A stretch of DNA of 64,000 bases, taken from assembly GCA_963796105.1 (NCBI GenBank), contig CAWCKJ010000010.1, positions 32,001 through 96,000 of the forward strand, in the 5' to 3' direction. Shown here in pieces: positions 1 through 9,213 of the stretch; position 1 is the first letter of the stretch, and every line of letters starts with the position of its first letter. A model generated the notes under the pieces. That model saw nothing but the letters and a program-made list of their open reading frames with translations, made no database searches and was not told the DNA's origin. Source of the stretch: a candidate division FCPU426 bacterium. GTDB taxonomy: Bacteria > Oederibacteriota > Muellerivitia > Muellerivitales > Muellerivitaceae. A program made the translations under genes and the position numbers.

Positions 1-109
1 TTCCGACGATACCAGATACTGGTTGTAAGGCGAGTAAAATGTTATCTTGTTGGCTCTTAGGGGCAGTCATTTCAAGCCGGAATCAATTTCTTTCCTTAAA
101 GGAGAGTCT

Positions 110-1114
110 ATGGCGGTATTGAATTCGAAAAAAACAAATAGGGCAAAAGGGGCCGGCAAAAACACGGCCCGTCGGAAGACGTCCAATCATTCCAATTGGA
201 TCTGGATCATTATCGGAATTGGAGTGATTCTAATTGCGGACTTTGGAATTTATTTCAAAAAACAATTTTCCTCATCCATGGTTTATTACGTAAAGCTTGT
301 GGGGAGTTTTAAGGGTGAAACTCAAACTTGCGGTGCTTTTTCCCCATGGGATATTACCTCCGGGAAGAATTGGATCGCCTTAAGCGATCAAGGGCATGAT
401 CGGGTCCTCATTTTTGACCGTGATGGGAATTTGAAGAATGAGATTACGGAAAAACAAGCAGGAACCCCTAAATTCAAGGAAATATCCGGCATCACCAGCG
501 ATTCCCAGGATCAGATTTATGTAATGGATACATGGAATGCCTTGATTCGCGGTTTCGATTTGAGTGGTAAACCAACACCACAGGTGAATTTGACGAATAA
601 AGGTTTTTTCGGGGCAAGGGGGTTAACCTGGAGCAATGGTTTCTTTTATGTGGCTGACACTGGAAGCCACCGGGTGGTGAAAGTCTCCAGTCAGGGAGAT
701 ATTATCAGCCAATGGGGAAAACAAGGAAGCGCCAATGGATTGTTTATGAATCCCACCGCCGTGAAAAGCGACCGAAAGGGATTTTTGTATGTCGCTGATT
801 TAGATAATCATCGCGTCCAATGCCTGGACAGCAACGGAAAATTCATTCGAGCCTATGATGTCGGCTCAAAGGTTTATGGCACTGCCGTAGACCCCCAGGG
901 CCTTGTTTACGCGACGGCGCAAGATGATAATTTCGTGAAAGTTTTCGAGAACGACGGCAAATATCTTGGAAAAGTGACGGATATCAGCCATAAAGAAGAC
1001 CCGATGCGGGAGCTTTCCGCTTTGACCATCGCTGATAACGGGGACATTATCGCCTGCCTACATAAGGATGAAGTGGTGGTTTTGCGTCCGGTTCCGCCGA
1101 CTCAGGTGAAATAA
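110..1114 (+). CDS. Membrane-anchored NHL-repeat (6-bladed beta-propeller) protein
   Basis: Basic N-tail, TM segment (WIWIIIGIGVILIA), repeated NHL motifs (YVADTGSHRVVK, LYVADLDNHRVQ). Start placed at ATG 110 after GGAGAG; ORF track starts at 47. Confidence 0.8.
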   Translation: MAVLNSKKTNRAKGAGKNTARRKTSNHSNWIWIIIGIGVILIADFGIYFKKQFSSSMVYYVKLVGSFKGETQTCGAFSPWDITSGKNWIALSDQGHDRVLIFDRDGNLKNEITEKQAGTPKFKEISGITSDSQDQIYVMDTWNALIRGFDLSGKPTPQVNLTNKGFFGARGLTWSNGFFYVADTGSHRVVKVSSQGDIISQWGKQGSANGLFMNPTAVKSDRKGFLYVADLDNHRVQCLDSNGKFIRAYDVGSKVYGTAVDPQGLVYATAQDDNFVKVFENDGKYLGKVTDISHKEDPMRELSALTIADNGDIIACLHKDEVVVLRPVPPTQVK

Positions 1115-1177
1115 CCAGCTTTATACCCGGAACAACTCGGATTAATATTTACCGTTTTGGGCGAAACCGGGAAAAGT

Positions 1178-1206
1178 TTGCCTAAAAATCCTCGGCTTTT
1201 TAAAGT
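1178..1206 (+). promoter_or_regulatory. Putative sigma70 promoter for the methyltransferase pair
   Basis: TTGCCT-N17-TAAAGT upstream of ATG 1240. Confidence 0.4.
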
Positions 1207-1239
1207 GAGCCATAGCGACTCAAAATCCGGTGAAAATGA

Positions 1240-2049
1240 ATGAAACGGGAGGATATTTTTTTGTCAAAAACGAGAGCGGATTTTTTCAAGGATTATCTTT
1301 CTTGCCGTTCGGTGGCCAACGCGCTTTGGCGTTCATTCGAGTGCGAGAAATTTTCGGAGGAAAGAATAATCGATCCGGTTTTGGACGCTGGGTGCGGGGA
1401 TGGCTTTTTCGTCCACACGACGTTCAGGAAGACCCTGGAGGCGGGTGTTGATTTAAGCGAAGGGGAATTGAAATTGGCGGAGAAAAGCGGATGCTACTTA
1501 AAAACCCACCGCGCCGATATTTTAAAAATGCCTTTCCGAAAGAACGCGTTTAAAACAGTCATCAGCAATTGCGTTCTGGAACACGTGGTGGATATCGACT
1601 CGGCTCTGGGTGAAATCTCCAGGGTTTTAAAGCCCGGCGGCAGGCTCCTGATCACGGTTCCAAGCGAGTATTTCAACACCTGCTCGATTTTTCAAAATTG
1701 GCTGGAGGGCCTGGGTCTGCGGTATCTCTCCCGGAAATACATCGAAAGCCTGAATAGGGTTTTTAAACATCATCATATTGATTCCGCCTTGACCTGGGAA
1801 AGAAGGATGAAAAAAGCCGGGCTTCGACTGGAAAAAAAGGAATATTTCGTTTCCATCCCCGCTTATCACGCCTACGAATTATGGCTCATCACCTCATTGC
1901 CCTCAAAGATATGGAAGGTCCTATTCGGGAGGTGGACCCTTCTTCCCCGTTTTTGGATAAAATGGATTATTCCGGAGCTCATGAACGGAGTTTTGTGGGC
2001 TGAGACCAAGAAGGGCGCGGCTTATTTTATCGCCGCGAGGAAGATCTAG
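1240..2049 (+). CDS. Class I SAM-dependent methyltransferase
   Basis: VLDAGCGDG motif I; VISNCVLEHV; LKPGGRLLITVP. Confidence 0.85.
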   Translation: MKREDIFLSKTRADFFKDYLSCRSVANALWRSFECEKFSEERIIDPVLDAGCGDGFFVHTTFRKTLEAGVDLSEGELKLAEKSGCYLKTHRADILKMPFRKNAFKTVISNCVLEHVVDIDSALGEISRVLKPGGRLLITVPSEYFNTCSIFQNWLEGLGLRYLSRKYIESLNRVFKHHHIDSALTWERRMKKAGLRLEKKEYFVSIPAYHAYELWLITSLPSKIWKVLFGRWTLLPRFWIKWIIPELMNGVLWAETKKGAAYFIAARKI

Positions 2050-2055
2050 CGAACA

Positions 2056-3126
2056 GTGCCTGAACATAAAGTCGTAAAACGTTGGCGCCATCCCGCGTTT
2101 TTGGTGTTTTTTTTGGGGGGAATACTGGGCGCCGCCCTGAACTTCTGCTTCACGCTGTCCTTTTCCATCGTTTTTTCCTGGAATCCCATTTTGGCTTTTT
2201 TCATTGGAACATTATTGAACCAAATGTTTCATTACATCTATTACAACGTGGTTTATGTGAACCGCGAGATTCAAATGAAGACCTCGCCCGTTATTCATGT
2301 TTTATTGAGTCTATTTGTTTCCGCCGCGAGTGCCGCGCTTTTGTTCTTTTTCCTGGAAATGAGGTGGAATTTCCCCTGGGCCTTGGCCGCCAGCCTTTTC
2401 ATTCTCGCGATTTCAAACTCGCTGGTGAACCGGATCTCGACCTTCAGCTCCGCTCAAATGGCCGAGGTGGAATACCGGGAAATGAACGAGAGTTATTATG
2501 ACGATTATACGGATCGGAACAAAGTAAGCCGGTTCAGGGCCTGGTACCACCGGTCGCGTTATGAAAGGCTGACCCGTTTCGTTTCCAAGCATTACAAAAA
2601 CGGCATGGAACTCGCCGACCTGGGATGCGGCAATTGTCTCTGGAATGTGGAGGGGCTGCCGGTCTTCGGCGTGGATATCAACACACAAATGCTCTCTTGG
2701 GCGGAGAAGAAAAAAAGGATCAAGGGATTCAAGGTTTGCGATGATTTGGCGAAAACCGGCCTGCCCTCCCGAACATTCGACGTCGTTTTGATGTCCGAAA
2801 CCCTGGAGCATGTATTCGACCTGGAGGAAGTTCTGAATGAGGTGAAACGCATCCTGACGGATGACGGGACATTCCTGATGACGGTGCCCTATGATTTTTT
2901 CCTGGGCCCTTTCTTCATTCTCTTCAATTTGAATTGCCTGTATATGGGTTACCTGCGCGGAAGCCAGTATCACAAATACCGGTGCGGCCATATCCATCAT
3001 TTCACCAAAAACCGTTTGAGAAAAGCACTCGAGACGGCCGGTTTTAAATTGACGGATATTTTCGTGGTGAATGGGTTGCTTCTTTACGGAACCGCGAAAA
3101 AGGCGGATTTGGCTGAAATGCCTTAG
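2056..3126 (+). CDS. GtrA-like 4-TM domain fused to a class I SAM methyltransferase
   Basis: Hydrophobic N-terminal ~125 aa (FFLGGILGAALNF...), then LADLGCG, FDVVLMSETLEHV and GHIHHF. Confidence 0.7.
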   Translation: MPEHKVVKRWRHPAFLVFFLGGILGAALNFCFTLSFSIVFSWNPILAFFIGTLLNQMFHYIYYNVVYVNREIQMKTSPVIHVLLSLFVSAASAALLFFFLEMRWNFPWALAASLFILAISNSLVNRISTFSSAQMAEVEYREMNESYYDDYTDRNKVSRFRAWYHRSRYERLTRFVSKHYKNGMELADLGCGNCLWNVEGLPVFGVDINTQMLSWAEKKKRIKGFKVCDDLAKTGLPSRTFDVVLMSETLEHVFDLEEVLNEVKRILTDDGTFLMTVPYDFFLGPFFILFNLNCLYMGYLRGSQYHKYRCGHIHHFTKNRLRKALETAGFKLTDIFVVNGLLLYGTAKKADLAEMP

Positions 3127-3181
3127 CTATTGAATCCCGTTCAAAACGCCTCCGCTGACGATTCAACGGTTCCAATCGCCG

Positions 3182-3850
3182 TTAACTCCCGGCTTCCAAA
3201 CGGTATTTCGCGAAAGCGGCCTGGGCATCCAGGTTGGAGGCGTCCCTGAGATCCTGCCATCTTTGCAGGTGGTCAGGGTAGTCCAGGTCCCGAAGGGTCA
3301 TTTCCGTAAGGCCGTCATTGAACTGGAATTCCTTATAGTGAACTTGAGGCCCCAGGGGCTGCTTGTCCTGGGAAGGGGTCTTGTCCCAACGGCGATATTG
3401 CCTCTGCCAGTCATCCAAGGGGATGGAATTCGCCTCTCCCCCTTCCCAAGTCGCGGATAGGAAATAAAGCTGGTTCTTGAATAAAAGGAGGTCCAAGCTG
3501 GAGGCGCCCGTCAAGCCGCCCTGCTTGTCGATCGTGGCGATCTTAAAAAGGGGATCGTCATTAAAGGGCCTGATTTTTTTCTTTAAATCGGGAAATTTCT
3601 GAAGAAGCTGGTCCCAGGTCATTCCCATGGAAATGCTCAATACCTGGCGTGGCAGGGGAATTTTGGGCCCGGCAAAGAGATCCTTGAAAACCCCCGAACT
3701 CCACAGGATTCCCACCAAGAGGATCGTAAAGAGGAGACCTCCCGCCAGCCATACTTTCCATCGGGGAGTTTGAATCACCGGAGGGGGAAGAGTTTTAGGT
3801 GCGGACTCCCTTTTTTTAGGGGTTGCTGGCTGCCGTTTGGGGCGTGGCAT
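3182..3850 (-). CDS. Hypothetical single-pass membrane protein
   Basis: 222 aa ORF with basic/Pro-rich N-tail and one TM helix; overlaps the end of the upstream radical SAM gene. Confidence 0.6.
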   Translation of the reverse strand: MPRPKRQPATPKKRESAPKTLPPPVIQTPRWKVWLAGGLLFTILLVGILWSSGVFKDLFAGPKIPLPRQVLSISMGMTWDQLLQKFPDLKKKIRPFNDDPLFKIATIDKQGGLTGASSLDLLLFKNQLYFLSATWEGGEANSIPLDDWQRQYRRWDKTPSQDKQPLGPQVHYKEFQFNDGLTEMTLRDLDYPDHLQRWQDLRDASNLDAQAAFAKYRLEAGS

Positions 3851-5354
3851 CGTTTATTTTGCTTTCCGGGAGGGGATCCCCATAATCTTGGACGTGGCCC
3901 AGCAGGGATTGCAAACCCCGCCATAAGAGATTCAACTCCCTAAAGGATCTAACAGTGACTAATTGCCTGAAGATAAACTTCGGGTTTTTCATGAGATTCC
4001 AAGTCTTGGCGGTCCAGTAACTCGCGTTGATCTGGGTCTTCAAGATCGGATGGCTCATGTCGTATTTCTCGTATTCCTTTTCTCCCACCAGGATCCAGCC
4101 CTTACGGACGGCTTCCTTCCAAAGGGGGGCGCCGGGGTAGGGAATCACCACGGAAGCCTGCATGCAGTCTCCCGCCCTCACTTTGTAAAGAAGAAGGTCC
4201 TTGGTGACCTCGTAAGTCCGGCGGACATCCTCCTCCGTCTCCCAGGGATAGCCCATCATGGTGGTCAAAAGGACTCTGAGGCCCCTGTCTTTGGCCATTT
4301 TAACCCCGCGACTGATTAAATCAACCGTTTCGCACTTGGCCAAGTGCTTGATGCTGCTGTCCGTGCCGGCTTCCAACCCGATCTTCAACAAGCGCCAGCC
4401 GCATTTGACCAGTAGATCCACGACCTCCTCGTTGAGGGTGTCGGCCCTGCAGTTGGAGGAGAATTGGAACCGGCCCAGGAGTTTGCGGGCCTTCAGTTCC
4501 TCATGAAAGTCCCGGAGCCACTGGGCATTGTTGATGGGGCCGGATTCATTGTCGTCGAAAAATTCCCAAATCTTGTATTTATTGACGCAGATTTCCATTT
4601 CGGCGGCCACGTTGGCGGGGGACCGCAGCCGCGCGGTCCTGTTCCAAAGGGCGTGCTGCCAAATGCAGAAGGTGCAAAGACCAACGCCGCCCCCTGATTC
4701 CTTCGGGGCGCCGCAGCCGCGTCCGGTCAGGATATAGGCGGTGGGCTTCAAAAGATAAGCCTCGCCGTAATCCTGGGTGCGGGTCAGCACCCGGTCGATA
4801 AAAGGCAGGGAGTCCAATTTTTCCTCGAACTTGTGGGGACCGGTCGTGGCGGCCTTGCCGTCGGCTCCCCGAAACCAGAGTCCCGGGCCCAAGGCCGTTT
4901 TGCCTGAAAGATGTTCAACCAGGTTGCGGCCGACGATATCGTAATCCCCGCCGGTCATGACGTAATCGACATTCGAGTTTAAAACGGACTCCTCCGGGAA
5001 AAAGGAGACGTGGTCGCCCATCAGGACGGTTTTAATGCCGGGATAGCGTTTTTTCAATTCATCAATATATTTCCAGTGGCGGTAAAGAACCGGGGCTTTC
5101 GTTTCCAGGAAGACGATCTCGGGGTTGAACGCGTCCAGGTGGGAATCATATTCCGCGTCGCTCATCCTGCGGTTGATCCCATCCAGCCAAAGAACCTCGT
5201 GTCCCAAGTGCTTCAGGTTGGTGGCCAAGTGCCCGGGAACCAGGGGGAATATCCGGACCTCGAGGGACTTTGAAAACTTCATGTGGCGGTTTTGGGTCAA
5301 AAGCGGGAATTCCCCGTCTTTCCGGAAGGGGGGGTAAAGGACGGCTGCTTTCAT
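3816..5354 (-). CDS. Cobalamin-binding radical SAM protein
   Basis: N-terminal B12-binding-like domain (VLMGDHVSFFPEE, DYVMTGG), GRGC...CTFC cluster motif, FFDDN, IGLEAG, PYPGAPLW. Confidence 0.85.
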   Translation of the reverse strand: MKAAVLYPPFRKDGEFPLLTQNRHMKFSKSLEVRIFPLVPGHLATNLKHLGHEVLWLDGINRRMSDAEYDSHLDAFNPEIVFLETKAPVLYRHWKYIDELKKRYPGIKTVLMGDHVSFFPEESVLNSNVDYVMTGGDYDIVGRNLVEHLSGKTALGPGLWFRGADGKAATTGPHKFEEKLDSLPFIDRVLTRTQDYGEAYLLKPTAYILTGRGCGAPKESGGGVGLCTFCIWQHALWNRTARLRSPANVAAEMEICVNKYKIWEFFDDNESGPINNAQWLRDFHEELKARKLLGRFQFSSNCRADTLNEEVVDLLVKCGWRLLKIGLEAGTDSSIKHLAKCETVDLISRGVKMAKDRGLRVLLTTMMGYPWETEEDVRRTYEVTKDLLLYKVRAGDCMQASVVIPYPGAPLWKEAVRKGWILVGEKEYEKYDMSHPILKTQINASYWTAKTWNLMKNPKFIFRQLVTVRSFRELNLLWRGLQSLLGHVQDYGDPLPESKINDATPQTAASNP

Positions 5355-5397
5355 GAGGACCTCTTTGAAAATGGAGATGGAAAACGATCAAGTAAAT

Positions 5398-6381
5398 TTA
5401 TCTTCTGGCCCTGTAATAATCAATGGTATGACCCAAACCTTCTTTTAGGCTCACCTGCGGTTTCCAGCGGAGCCTTGCTTTTGCCTTTGAAATATCGGGT
5501 TTTCGCCGGATGGGATCGTCCTGGGGGAGGGGTAAATGTTTTATTTTGAGCCCGGATACCCCGCAAAGCCGCGAAACCAACTTGGCGAAGTCGCGGATAT
5601 TGGTTTCCTGGGGATTGCCCAGGTTGAATACCTCGCCCATGGTTTTTTCCCCGGAGATGGCAGCCCAGATCCCGCGAACCAAGTCGGTGACATAACAAAA
5701 ACTCCGGGTCTGGGAGCCGTCTCCGTAGATGGTAAGGGGCCCGCCGTTCAACGATTGGTTGATCAAGTTAGAGACGACCCGGCCGTCGTTTTCATTCAGG
5801 CGCGGTCCATAGGTATTGAAAATCCGGATGACGCGGGCATCCACCCCGAATTTGCGGATGTACTCATAAACCAATGCCTCGCCGAGTCTTTTGCTCTCGT
5901 CATAGCAGGACCGGGGGCCGAAGGAATTGACGTTGCCCCAATAGGTCTCAGTCTGGGGGTGGACATGGGGGCTTCCGTATACCTCGGAAGTGGAGGCGAA
6001 CAGGAACTTGGATTTCCTTTTCCGGCAATATTCCAAAAGTTGAAGGCAACCCATGGAATTGACCAGGATGGTATCGATGGAGTTCTTCATGTAACCCTCG
6101 GGGGAGGCGGGGGAAGCCAGGTGAAAAATATAGTCGGCTTTGGGGAAGAACCGGGGGAACCCCCTCCTGAAATTGCCGAGAAATCTTGGCAGGCCCTTGA
6201 TCACGTCGCGTTTGACGAACCGGAAGCTTGGGTGGCCCTTGAGATGCTGTATGTTTTCCATCTTGCCGGTAATGAGGTTGTCCACGCAAATCACATGGTG
6301 GCCCAAGCTGATCAGAAAATCGCAAAGGTGCGAGCCGACGAAACCGGCTCCGCCTGTGACGATGGAATAAGGTTTTTTCAT
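5398..6381 (-). CDS. UDP-glucuronate decarboxylase / NAD-dependent epimerase-dehydratase
   Basis: VTGGAGFVGSHL, HLASPASP, ASTSEVYG, YDESKR, RIFNTYGP, DDPIRRKPDI. Confidence 0.9.
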   Translation of the reverse strand: MKKPYSIVTGGAGFVGSHLCDFLISLGHHVICVDNLITGKMENIQHLKGHPSFRFVKRDVIKGLPRFLGNFRRGFPRFFPKADYIFHLASPASPEGYMKNSIDTILVNSMGCLQLLEYCRKRKSKFLFASTSEVYGSPHVHPQTETYWGNVNSFGPRSCYDESKRLGEALVYEYIRKFGVDARVIRIFNTYGPRLNENDGRVVSNLINQSLNGGPLTIYGDGSQTRSFCYVTDLVRGIWAAISGEKTMGEVFNLGNPQETNIRDFAKLVSRLCGVSGLKIKHLPLPQDDPIRRKPDISKAKARLRWKPQVSLKEGLGHTIDYYRARR

Positions 6382-6523
6382 AAAAGCTCGCGTTTCAGGA
6401 CGATGTTGTCTAAAAGCGGTGAAAGAGTTTTAGCGAATTGATTTTCTTTGACCATGGGGTTTTCATGGCCGTGAGAAAGTGAAGTTTAACATAGACGAGG
6501 TGGGCCCGCCAGAAAAAGCAGGA

Positions 6524-7696
6524 TCAGCGGATGGGATAACCGGCCCCGCCATAAGGATTGACGTCAACCTCGGTGGGGGTGGGCGGAATCGGGGTCGGGG
6601 TGTTAGGCGTAGAGAGATCCTTTTTGGGTCTTAAACGGATTATGACGTTGTTTTGTACGTCCGTGATATAAAGACGGTTTTGGGAGTCGCTGGCGATGCC
6701 CCTGAAACGGGGCGAGAAGTTCTCGTTCAGGATTTCATCCTTGGCCCGCCAAAGGCTCAAGAACTCGAAATCGCCGTTCCGGCTGTTATAGAAATCCACC
6801 ACTCCGCCCACTCCATCGGGAATGGCCCCGATCCCTGAGGGGGTGACCGCCACCCCCGAGGGTTCCTTGAATTGGTAGGGCCCTTCCCCGTACCAGCCTT
6901 GGACGGTTACGGGGGCAAGGTTGGTCGAGGCGGAGGATTGGTCGTTAAATACCTCCATCCTGAAATTTCCCGTGTCAGCCACGATGGCCTGGTCGATGTT
7001 ATTCAAGGCGATGCCCCAGGGGAGATTCATGAAACCGGGCTGGGTTCCATAGGAACCCCAGGTGAAATTAAAAACCCCCATGTTGCTGAAATTCTGGACC
7101 CGGGAATTTCCCGTATCCAGGACCCAGATATTCCCGTAATGGTCCTTGAGGATGGTATGGGGTGTGTTGAATTGGCCATTGGCGTTGCCTTGGCTTCCCC
7201 AAGTGGAGACTACTAAGCCTTTCTCATCCAGCACCACGACACGGTTATTCAAGGTGTCGGAGACGAAAATTTTCCTCGGGGGAAGCACCAAAAGGGCGGT
7301 CGGGTGGTTGAATTGGGGGGGGTTCCTCCAGGTGGCGGAGGTTCCGAAGGAGCCGTAGGCCGTGATGGGCTTGCCGTTGGTATCCCAGACCAGGATCCGG
7401 TTGTTGGCGGTATCTGCGATGTAAAGCAGGCCGTCGGGGCCGACAGCGACCCCTTCCGGAATGTTCAATTGGTTGATGTCCGTCCCCTTGGAACCCCACA
7501 TGGCGTCGAAAACGTAAAGTTTCTCCCCGGCCCAGGGCGTGGGAGTAGGTGTTTCAGGGGGTGTTTGCGTGGGGGTTTCCGTTTCGGTAGGCAATGGGGT
7601 GGGGGTCGGATGATGCTTGGCCTGGGTATAACCGGGAAGGAAAAAGCCTGAAATTAAAATAGTGAAAAACAGGGAATTAAAAATCTTCGTTATCAT
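6524..7696 (-). CDS. Secreted NHL-repeat protein with Pro/Thr-rich linkers
   Basis: Signal-peptide-like N-terminus, PTPTP tracts at both ends, NHL motifs (LYIADTANNRI, WVLDTGNSRVQ). Confidence 0.8.
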   Translation of the reverse strand: MITKIFNSLFFTILISGFFLPGYTQAKHHPTPTPLPTETETPTQTPPETPTPTPWAGEKLYVFDAMWGSKGTDINQLNIPEGVAVGPDGLLYIADTANNRILVWDTNGKPITAYGSFGTSATWRNPPQFNHPTALLVLPPRKIFVSDTLNNRVVVLDEKGLVVSTWGSQGNANGQFNTPHTILKDHYGNIWVLDTGNSRVQNFSNMGVFNFTWGSYGTQPGFMNLPWGIALNNIDQAIVADTGNFRMEVFNDQSSASTNLAPVTVQGWYGEGPYQFKEPSGVAVTPSGIGAIPDGVGGVVDFYNSRNGDFEFLSLWRAKDEILNENFSPRFRGIASDSQNRLYITDVQNNVIIRLRPKKDLSTPNTPTPIPPTPTEVDVNPYGGAGYPIR

Positions 7697-7706
7697 AATG
7701 AAGTTT

Positions 7707-7735
7707 ATGCTATCGGGGGTTCAGGCGCGGGTCAA
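7707..7735 (-). promoter_or_regulatory. Putative sigma70 promoter, near-leaderless transcript for the NHL gene
   Basis: Minus strand TTGACC-N17-TAGCAT ending 10 nt upstream of ATG 7696. Confidence 0.45.
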
Positions 7736-7874
7736 CCTAAAAGGATTACGGGATTGAGCGCATTTTCTTAAAGAAAGGAAGAGGCGGGCCTTTTTAACTA
7801 GTCAGACAGTGGAAACGCGATGAATGAGCTTGGCCCTTAGCCGGCTAAACTCGCTGCGAATGAAAAGTTTAAAC

Positions 7875-8360
7875 TCAGGCGCCTTCCATCCGGCTTTGGC
7901 AATTGATACAGCGGGTCGCCCAAGGAATGGCTTTCATTCGGGCCATGGGAATGGATTTTTTGCAGACTTCGCAAGATCCGTAAGTCCCGTCCGTCATATG
8001 CGAAAGAGCCTTCTCAATCCTCTCCAACTCAATCCGGTCGTTTTCCATCAGGGTGAGGGAAAGGTGCTGTGTGAGTTCCCCGGAGCCGTGATCCGCCATG
8101 TCGCCCGGTACATTTTGGTTGTCCGCGATTTCCTCGCGGAGGTCCATCTCAAGATGATTGACCTGGCCGGTAATCTCATTGCGGCGGTCCTGTAATTTCT
8201 TGAGAAGGGGAACATAAGCCGGGTCGATTTTAAGTCTTTTCTTCGGGGCTGGTTTTACCACGGCTGTTTTGGGAGCTGATTTTGCCGCCGCTTTCGGGGC
8301 TGGTTTTTTGGTTTTTTTCGCGGAACTTTTCGAGGATGTCTTTTTTTTGGAACGAGCCAT
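7875..8360 (-). CDS. dksA: DksA/TraR family C4 zinc-finger protein with Lys/Ala-rich N-tail
   Basis: Coiled coil with DMAD tip; GTYGSCEVC...AIPWATRCINC. Confidence 0.8.
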   Translation of the reverse strand: MARSKKKTSSKSSAKKTKKPAPKAAAKSAPKTAVVKPAPKKRLKIDPAYVPLLKKLQDRRNEITGQVNHLEMDLREEIADNQNVPGDMADHGSGELTQHLSLTLMENDRIELERIEKALSHMTDGTYGSCEVCKKSIPMARMKAIPWATRCINCQSRMEGA

Positions 8361-8429
8361 GGTTCCCTCCGGGTGCTATTAAAGTGGTCTAAAGCGCTTG
8401 CGATGAAATGGATGTTGAAAAGGTATAGA

Positions 8430-8458
8430 AGATTATCGAAGGCTCTCTGAACTGTCAA
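8430..8458 (-). promoter_or_regulatory. Putative sigma70 promoter of dksA
   Basis: Minus strand TTGACA-N17-TAATCT. Confidence 0.45.
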
Positions 8459-8598
8459 GAATAAAGGAAATCTTTATTATCCGGAGGCTGTGGAATCGCT
8501 GACCGGGAAAAAGCCGGGCCATCCTGTTTGAAAATGGCCTACAAAGGCTCATTCGAACGGCCTATACTTAGAGCAACCTTAAAATAAAGGAGCGCCTC

Positions 8599-9168
8599 AT
8601 GGCCATGGGTATTGTGCTAGTGGTTTTGTTTTTCATTTTAGGAATCGTCGTTCTTTTGGCGCTTTATTTCATCTCGGTCTACAACCATTTGGTTCGTTAC
8701 AGGGTGGAGGTGGACGACTCCTGGAGCCAAATCGACGTCCAACTTAAACGACGGCACGATCTCATCCCCAATCTCGTGGAAACAGTCAAGGGGGTCATGG
8801 ATTTCGAGAAGAACACCCTCACCCAGGTCATGCAGGCACGCGCCAGCGCCATGGGCGCCTCCAACATGGCCGACCGAATGAAGGCGGAAAGCGACATCAC
8901 CAACGGCATGGGGCGGCTCCTGGCCGTCTGGGAAAATTATCCCGCCCTGAAATCCAACGAGAACGCCAAACAGCTCCAGGAGGAGCTCACCTCCACCGAG
9001 AACAAGATCGCCTATTCCCGGGGCCATTACAACGACGTGGTGGCCAATTTCAACACGATCGCCCAGCAGTTCCCGTCCAATCTCATCGCGGGTCCTTTTC
9101 ATTTCCAACCCAGGGAATTCCTGAAGGCGGCCGACTCGGATAAGGAAGTCCCGCAAGTCAAACTCTGA
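8599..9168 (+). CDS. lemA: LemA family protein
   Basis: N-terminal TM; WSQIDVQLKRRHDLIPNLVETVKG; ENYPALKSN; FPSNLIA. Confidence 0.95.
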   Translation: MAMGIVLVVLFFILGIVVLLALYFISVYNHLVRYRVEVDDSWSQIDVQLKRRHDLIPNLVETVKGVMDFEKNTLTQVMQARASAMGASNMADRMKAESDITNGMGRLLAVWENYPALKSNENAKQLQEELTSTENKIAYSRGHYNDVVANFNTIAQQFPSNLIAGPFHFQPREFLKAADSDKEVPQVKL

Positions 9169-9213
9169 TTCCGACCGGAAGCTTTATAACGCCCGATCAG
9201 GACCGAGGCAGGG

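Noticed and set aside
5536..6441. Long antisense or overlapping ORFs (also 13935-14579, 43266-43967 and others)
   Set aside because: Shadow frames of well-supported GC-rich genes with no recognisable motifs.
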